A DNA stretch of 60,846 bases from Thermoplasmatota archaeon (GTDB taxonomy: Archaea > Thermoplasmatota > Thermoplasmata > Halarchaeoplasmatales > Halarchaeoplasmataceae), in NCBI GenBank assembly GCA_018334835.1, contig JAGXLF010000004.1, forward strand, positions 1 to 60,846, written 5' to 3'. Each line of letters opens with the position of its first letter. Position 1 is the first letter of the stretch. Made by a program: the position numbers and the translations under genes. The notes beneath the pieces are model-generated. The model saw only the letters and a program-made list of their open reading frames with translations. It did not search any database and was not told where the DNA came from. Of the stretch, positions 55,406-60,846 are shown one piece after another.

Positions 55406-55869
55406 GTCTCTCCTTCCTCCTCTACGAGATTTAAGCGCTGTATAAAGGGTAAATCATCTTTGTTTATGTTTTCTTCTTCTCCGTCATAATAAGTGATCTT
55501 AAATATGATTTCTTCTCTAGGATCATCCTCAACAATCTCTGGTTTGACATCAAAAGTCGCATTGAAGTGATATCTATCATCTTTTCGAGTAGCATTTACC
55601 TCTAAATAGAATTCGGATAGATTAGTCCTGTTTTCTATACTGTATCCGTCTTTTCTTATGATTTGAGAGTTGTTCAAATAAAGTGTCATGTTGTCAAATC
55701 TTATCGCTTCCCTACCTCTCAAGTGGATTATAGTTTCATTATCCCCCTCATCATAATCTACAACAAGAATAGGTATTTCTGAACCAGGAGGTTCTGGAGT
55801 GTCTATACAACCTAGGGAGGAACCGATTAATATAAATACAAAAATTACCGAGAGATGCTTTTTCATCAC
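55402..55869 (-). CDS. Secreted protein / putative lipoprotein
   Basis: Signal peptide MMKKHLSVIFVFILIGSSLGC with a lipobox-like LGC. The mature part is beta-rich and carries N-x-S/T sequons (NET, NMT, NNS, NRT, NLS, NAT). Confidence 0.5.
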   Translation of the reverse strand: MMKKHLSVIFVFILIGSSLGCIDTPEPPGSEIPILVVDYDEGDNETIIHLRGREAIRFDNMTLYLNNSQIIRKDGYSIENRTNLSEFYLEVNATRKDDRYHFNATFDVKPEIVEDDPREEIIFKITYYDGEEENINKDDLPFIQRLNLVEEEGET

Positions 55870-56076
55870 TGCATCATAATAATAGGGTTTAATTAAACTT
55901 TAGCTTTTCGCAACGATCTTCACGCCTATAATAAAAAGTCTTCATTTTCGATTATAGCGGACTCTTGGGATTTTTTGCTCTAACCTTAAAAGCACTTTCA
56001 TTTGCTTGTTCTGAAAAATTTTCCCTGTTTTGTCTCCAATATCTCTAAGATTGCTAAGACTCTTTTAAACATGGAT

Positions 56077-56943
56077 TTAATCTCCATATTGAAGGTATTC
56101 GTTATCATTAGTAGGTGATTTTTCCGGCTCCTCTTCAACCGGTGGGTCTTTAGAGCTAAAACCCTCCTTCCTTTCTGCTATCCTAATATCCTCTTCAGAG
56201 GGGTCTTCAGTCTCCCAGTTAGGAGGAGATTTTTTCTTCCGCTTCTTATACAAGTAGAATACAGTCCCTGAAACAATCACTAAAAAAGATGATATGAAAA
56301 ATAATTCTATATATCCTCCAGCACGGACCACTATAGAAGAAAATAAGCCTCTTCCGATTATTATCTCAAATTCGGTAGATCTATATCCTAAATATTGACC
56401 AGTACCAGTATCAGAGAATGGAAAACGTATAACTAAAGAATATTCGTCATCTTCAGGTATTGTAAGATGGGTTTCAAGATATCTAGTTTGTTCTTCAGAA
56501 GCCGTAGGAATTTTTTTTTCGACCTCTCCAAAGTTTGGATCTCGGAGATATCCACTTAGTTCTTCTCTCGGCATCAAGACGATCTGTACTGAGGCTTCCT
56601 TGGTTACGTATACCATCATATGTATTTTATCTCCTTCCCTAGCACTAAAATTGAAAGTGTAAAAGGTATTATCCTCACCTACAGAATCACTATCAGAATG
56701 AGGGATTAATGGAAGACGTTCGTTGGTACTAAGAATAGATCCTTTTGATCTCCAATGTTGAGTCGAAGAATCCCTCATCGAAAAAGAATCAAAAGGGGTT
56801 ATCGAAGAGAACTCATGCTGGGTATTTAGCGGGTTTTCTAATTCTCCTTTATCTTTATAAGCACTTGATCCAATTAAATCAGTGGTCCCCGCTATCAAAA
56901 TAGAGAAGGTAAGTACTAACACCGAGAAGGTCCTCAACCTCAT
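56077..56943 (-). CDS. Type I membrane protein (signal peptide, ectodomain, C-terminal TM, acidic cytoplasmic tail)
   Basis: MRLRTFSVLVLTFSILIAG signal-like N-terminus, TM helix ELFFISSFLVIVSGTVFYLY followed by KKRKKK, and an acidic tail. Confidence 0.5.
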   Translation of the reverse strand: MRLRTFSVLVLTFSILIAGTTDLIGSSAYKDKGELENPLNTQHEFSSITPFDSFSMRDSSTQHWRSKGSILSTNERLPLIPHSDSDSVGEDNTFYTFNFSAREGDKIHMMVYVTKEASVQIVLMPREELSGYLRDPNFGEVEKKIPTASEEQTRYLETHLTIPEDDEYSLVIRFPFSDTGTGQYLGYRSTEFEIIIGRGLFSSIVVRAGGYIELFFISSFLVIVSGTVFYLYKKRKKKSPPNWETEDPSEEDIRIAERKEGFSSKDPPVEEEPEKSPTNDNEYLQYGD

Positions 56944-57112
56944 GGTACTTCACACTTATTTAAAATTAATCGCACATATTAATTTATCGCTAAAATCCGT
57001 GATCTGCATATTATTATTTAGCAAAAGATTAATATTTCGTTTAAGCAGTTATCTTCAACAGGGAATAGAAATAACGAGGCATAAAACCTTGGATAGGAAA
57101 ACTGTTATTGGT

Positions 57113-58045
57113 ATGACTATCTTTCTCTTCCTAGCTGCTGCATGGCTGATAGGAGCCATGATGAATTTTCAGTATGACACAAGTCCTAAAGAGGTAGATC
57201 TCTCTTTTCTTCCGATTATAGTAGCTGTTATCCCTTTTATTATGACAGGCATCATATTTTATAAAGGAAGGACGCGGATGTTCCTTTTCCTGTTCAGCTT
57301 TGCATTGTTCTGGATAATAACACCTGTCTTTTTTAAATCACTCACGGTTCTATACTTCGCTCTTATTTTGTTGGGATCAATATTATTATTTTTTGCCTTA
57401 AAAAAAGGATACATAAATTCAAAAAAGGTAGCTATGATGACCGCATTCTTAATCTGGCTAGGAGGTCTTCTCTTTTACCTTTATTATGATAAATATCAAA
57501 AGGCTCTCTACAAATATTCTTATGGATCTTATGGAATGCCTACAGAAATTAAGGATAGTTTTACTTATGTCTGGGACGAAACGGGTGGCAGTGTGGAAAG
57601 TGTTGGTGGGCCAGGATTATTAATACTAGTGATGATCTCACTCTTGGCTCTAGGATTCTTCACATACCAAAAATTGAGACCTGTCTATTTGTTCGACTCC
57701 GTCAAAGAAGATGATGAAGAGCAAATAGAAAGTGAGATCACTTCTACTGTTGATGAAGCCATAAACAATCTACATGATGGAAAGGACGTCGAATCTACCA
57801 TACTAAGATGTTACCAGAGTATGTGTCGAATTCTGGAAGAAGAAGGAGTGGAGAACGAAGATTTCATGACTCCTAGAGAATTCGAGATGATAGCGAATAA
57901 AAAGTTAACAATTTCAAGTTCTAAGATTTCAAATATAAGAGAAATATTTGAACTCGCAAAGTACAGCTCTCACGAGCTCGGTGAGAAAGAAAAGAACAGA
58001 GCTCTAGAGGATCTTAAGGGACTTAGAGAGGAGTTGGATCGTTAA
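57113..58045 (+). CDS. Membrane protein with a C-terminal DUF4129-like domain
   Basis: Five hydrophobic helices, then ILRCYQSMCRILEEEGVENEDFMTPREFEMIA (the TPREF-type DUF4129 signature). Trimmed to M78 to remove the overlap with the divergent gene. Confidence 0.6.
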   Translation: MTIFLFLAAAWLIGAMMNFQYDTSPKEVDLSFLPIIVAVIPFIMTGIIFYKGRTRMFLFLFSFALFWIITPVFFKSLTVLYFALILLGSILLFFALKKGYINSKKVAMMTAFLIWLGGLLFYLYYDKYQKALYKYSYGSYGMPTEIKDSFTYVWDETGGSVESVGGPGLLILVMISLLALGFFTYQKLRPVYLFDSVKEDDEEQIESEITSTVDEAINNLHDGKDVESTILRCYQSMCRILEEEGVENEDFMTPREFEMIANKKLTISSSKISNIREIFELAKYSSHELGEKEKNRALEDLKGLREELDR

Positions 58046-58677
58046 TGTCAGGAATAACAGCTATGGTTCCAAAAGTAAAAAAGGTCCTTTTCAAAGGGAG
58101 GGTAACGTCAAATACCTATTATATCGCACTCATCTCTTTGACTGTACTATTTTTAGTACTTATGTGGAGTGGAGAAGGTGGTTTCACAGGTGTTCTTGGA
58201 AGATCCCTTGGCTTTTTTATTCTAGTGATTCTTAGCTATAGCCTGATAGATTGGTGTTTGAATATAACTGAAAGTTCTGAATCTTGGAGAGAAAAAAAAG
58301 AGCTCGATGAAATAGTCAATCTCAGAATGCAGGACACATCAAAGACTATGAATAGAGCATCTAAAGGAGAAAGAATATGTCAAAGGAAACTATCAGAAAA
58401 GATCAGAAACATATTTTTCATCAAATTGAAAGAAAAGAAAGATCTCACTGAAGAGGAAATCAAAGAACTATTACAAGATCGAGATAAGTTCCAAAGGACT
58501 GTACAAGACGAAGTTATATCAGATTTTATCCTTGCTAGTTACAGCGATGACAAAACTGGTACCGATGATAAAGAATTGACCCAAAAAATCAGTTCTTTTT
58601 TCTCTCCAAGGAAGGACCCAAAAGAATACAATAAAGAAATAGAACAGGTGATACGGAGGGTAGAAGAATGGGATTAG
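58045..58677 (+). CDS. Hypothetical membrane protein (two TM helices plus a charged helical C-terminal domain)
   Basis: The start overlaps the upstream stop (TAATG). No recognisable motif. Confidence 0.5.
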   Translation: MSGITAMVPKVKKVLFKGRVTSNTYYIALISLTVLFLVLMWSGEGGFTGVLGRSLGFFILVILSYSLIDWCLNITESSESWREKKELDEIVNLRMQDTSKTMNRASKGERICQRKLSEKIRNIFFIKLKEKKDLTEEEIKELLQDRDKFQRTVQDEVISDFILASYSDDKTGTDDKELTQKISSFFSPRKDPKEYNKEIEQVIRRVEEWD

Positions 58678-58723
58678 ATATAAGCTGCCTAACAGGCGAT
58701 TATTACATGGAGGGGGATAAAAA

Positions 58724-60004
58724 GTGAAAAAAAGTAAACTCTTTGCCTATCTCACAATCTTGGTACTTTCATCGATTATACTCGGCAATCTATTTACGAG
58801 CTGGGTTTTCCTTATCGGAGCTATATCAAGCTTTGCTCTTTTTATTATCCCCGCTAGATTACTGCCCCCAAAGGATATAGAGTTGAAGATGGAAAGAGAA
58901 ACTAGAGAAAGGGTAAGAGAGATTTACGTGGGAGACGAACTAGAAGTAACAGTTCATTTAGAGAACAGAGGCGATACTCTGAATTTTGTAGAAATTCACG
59001 ATATACTTCCCCCACTTGTGGACTTAATCGAAGGTTCTAACCATCAGATCTTAAGCCTCGGTCCAGGCGAAAAAAAAGAACTGAGCTACAAGGTGTCTTG
59101 TCCGGTGACAGGCAAAATAGATATCGGACCAATCAGAATAAGATATAAGGACGCTTTCGGCTTTTTCACCAAAGAACTGAAGAAAGGTGAAGAGATGAGA
59201 GTTCAGGTCCTTCCAAAAACTGAAGATATGAAAAAAGTAGATATAAACCCGAGCTACACCAAACATTGGCTGGGAGATATAAAATCAAAAAGTATGGGTC
59301 TCGGTAGCGAATTTTTTTCTCTAAGAGAGTATCACCCTGGAGATGAATTTAGAGATATCAATTGGAAAGCCACCGCTAAACAACTGAAACCAATCACAAA
59401 TGCTTACGAAGGAGAGAAATCCGGCGATGTCATACTGGTAGTGGATGGATATGAAGAGGGGATAGTGGGCACTATGAGAAATAATTCATTAAGAGTCTCG
59501 GTAGATGCGACAGCCACGCTAGCTTCGACTATACTCTCTGCTAGAAACCGTGTAGGGCTGATAGTAGCGAGTGAATTTCTTAATTGGGTTTACCCCGCAA
59601 CAGGAAAGAACCAATATCATCGCATTTTGTCCAATTTGACCAAATTTGAACGTGGTGGTACCTGGGACCTAGAAGAAATAAAATGGCTCCTAGAAGACTT
59701 TTTTCCGCCTAGAAGTATGATCATATTTATCTCACCCCTCACGGTGCCGAAGTTCAGTGAAACGATAATAGACCTCTGCAGAGGAGAATACGACGTCATG
59801 GTGATTTCACCTGATCCGATCAAAATCGAAAATAAGATCGGAGATGATCATGAAGAGATGATAGAAACTCTGTATCATACAGAAAGAAAGCACTTACTTA
59901 AAAGATTGTGGGATAATGGAGCCCTTGTAGTAGATTGGAACCCCTACGAACCGTTAGAACCTGAACTAGAGGAGGTGTTAAGATACCGGCAAATAAGAGG
60001 ATAA
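58724..60004 (+). CDS. DUF58-family protein (vWA-like, normally MoxR-associated)
   Basis: Two N-terminal TM helices, the signature GSEFFSLREYHPGDEFRDINWKATAK, and VILVVDG. The start is GTG. Confidence 0.8.
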   Translation: MKKSKLFAYLTILVLSSIILGNLFTSWVFLIGAISSFALFIIPARLLPPKDIELKMERETRERVREIYVGDELEVTVHLENRGDTLNFVEIHDILPPLVDLIEGSNHQILSLGPGEKKELSYKVSCPVTGKIDIGPIRIRYKDAFGFFTKELKKGEEMRVQVLPKTEDMKKVDINPSYTKHWLGDIKSKSMGLGSEFFSLREYHPGDEFRDINWKATAKQLKPITNAYEGEKSGDVILVVDGYEEGIVGTMRNNSLRVSVDATATLASTILSARNRVGLIVASEFLNWVYPATGKNQYHRILSNLTKFERGGTWDLEEIKWLLEDFFPPRSMIIFISPLTVPKFSETIIDLCRGEYDVMVISPDPIKIENKIGDDHEEMIETLYHTERKHLLKRLWDNGALVVDWNPYEPLEPELEEVLRYRQIRG

Positions 60005-60036
60005 CAGAGAATGATCTAATAAGTCCAGCCTCGATT

Positions 60037-60564
60037 ATGATCGTTGCGTTCCTCGGGAGTATTATATCACTGCATTCACCTTACTGGTTTTTGCCTTTGA
60101 TCTTCTCGTTAGTTTCCTTGATAGGATTTTATTCAGCGAGATTCTTTCTTCTCGATACAGGGATTCTTATGTCGGTTATTTCCTATCTTTTTGTCAACAG
60201 AGGGTTCGCTCTGAATATCCCTAACATATTGTTGGTCATAGGACCCTTTTTCCTTTTTGCTGGTGTATGGTTCTCAGTAAGAAACAAGATGATGATCGCC
60301 CAGATGAAGAATGTTGTAGAGAAAGATTCCGACGATAGATCGATGACATCTTTTAGAAGATCTTCACTAGCGGTGATATTTAACAATCTCTTTCTCGGAG
60401 CTTTTCTAGCTATTTTGGGGTCTATCTTAGGGATGTACAGTTCTCTTGAGATAGGTCTAAGTTCTAACCTTCAAACTATCCTTATGGTCATTTTCTCATC
60501 TATAGTATTTTTCCTTATATATACGAACATTAGATTCCTTTCATTAGTCGGAGAAGAAGAGTGA
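60037..60564 (+). CDS. Hypothetical multi-pass membrane protein
   Basis: 175 aa with about 5 hydrophobic helices. It lies 32 nt downstream of the DUF58 gene on the same strand. Confidence 0.5.
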   Translation: MIVAFLGSIISLHSPYWFLPLIFSLVSLIGFYSARFFLLDTGILMSVISYLFVNRGFALNIPNILLVIGPFFLFAGVWFSVRNKMMIAQMKNVVEKDSDDRSMTSFRRSSLAVIFNNLFLGAFLAILGSILGMYSSLEIGLSSNLQTILMVIFSSIVFFLIYTNIRFLSLVGEEE

Positions 60565-60715
60565 AGTAAGAACGCTACCAGTTCATTCAAATATCTTTTG
60601 TTTAAAACAAAAACGGATATCAAAAACTTTAACGAGTTCTTCTTGATCGCTAAAACATGGTTAATGGGGGACGAAGAATATTGACCTATACTTCCTTCCA
60701 AAAATAATAGGTTAG

Positions 60716-60789
60716 CGGACCCTCGGGGATTCGAACCCCGGTCCTCGGCTCCGAAAGCCGAAAGGATATCCAGACTACCCTAAGGGCCC
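60716..60789 (-). tRNA. tRNA-Arg (UCG), 74 nt, no encoded CCA
   Basis: The reverse complement folds as GGGCCCT/AGGGTCC acceptor stem (one G-U pair), TCGGC-TTTCGGA-GCCGA anticodon arm, CGGGG-TTCGAAT-CCCCG T arm, discriminator G. Confidence 0.85.
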
Positions 60790-60846
60790 AAAGTGACACT
60801 AGTGAACGAGGAAACCTTAGGGGACGTTGGAACGTTTCGTTCCGAC

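Noticed and set aside
53960-56076. Possible CRISPR array or cas genes accompanying the Cas4-like gene
   Set aside because: I found no direct repeats at regular 25-40 nt spacing and no Cas1/Cas2/effector-like ORFs here or anywhere in the window. The nuclease appears to be solitary.
56882-57112. 77-aa N-terminal extension of the DUF4129-like ORF
   Set aside because: It overlaps the divergent gene 56077-56943 and the presumed promoter region. The first hydrophobic helix starts right after the ATG at 57113.
60595-60613. AT-rich quasi-palindrome TTTTGTTTAAAACAAAA downstream of the last membrane-protein gene
   Set aside because: It is pure A/T apart from one G:C pair, and the loop would be about 1 nt. 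Such sequences are expected by chance in AT-rich intergenic DNA, so at most it is a weak terminator.
50969-60789. Integrated element bounded by tRNA-Phe and tRNA-Arg
   Set aside because: I saw no integrase, capsid or replication genes. By eye I found no duplicated copy of either tRNA 3' half that could serve as an att site. The genes next to tRNA-Phe are metabolic. An exact-repeat search would be needed to exclude short att sites.

Overview
This is a densely coded, AT-rich (by eye) chromosomal segment of an archaeon. The archaeal assignment rests on aEF-2 with the diphthamide-site HRG motif, a uS12-uS7-EF2 cluster, a thermosome, a short archaeal-type triosephosphate isomerase, an archaeal-type ProRS, NreA and TATA-like promoter boxes. 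The proteins are conspicuously Asp/Glu-rich, and many are also Lys-rich. That may reflect salt adaptation or a small-genome lineage, but I cannot place the organism from this window. I call about 60 protein genes, two tRNAs (Phe-GAA and Arg-UCG), one LAGLIDADG intein inside a class II ribonucleotide reductase, and one candidate structured ncRNA. Most of the content is housekeeping: translation, pyruvate kinase, TIM, ADP-forming acyl-CoA synthetase alpha, the GlmU-like/GlmS pair, thioredoxins and RNA processing. The right-hand ~7 kb (54-60.6 kb) is richer in membrane, secreted and uncharacterised genes. I saw no CRISPR array, cas operon, transposase, integrase, rRNA or obvious provirus. Five items stand out. 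(1) A Cas4/DUF83-type PD-(D/E)xK nuclease is interrupted by four predicted transmembrane helices (54105-55100). (2) An operon directly after tRNA-Phe encodes the AcnX large subunit, an AcnX small subunit fused to a Nudix domain, and an MtnA-like isomerase. (3) The 560-bp spacer at 30.3-30.8 kb holds a structured RNA candidate with its own TATA-like box, of unresolved class. (4) The tRNA-Phe reads as having one extra G in the anticodon arm. (5) A DUF4129/DUF58 membrane cluster has no MoxR ATPase in the window. The supplied ORF track uses ATG, GTG and TTG starts. Where an internal ATG has better context or removes an overlap I trimmed the ORF and say so. All family names come from motif recognition by eye, not from searches.
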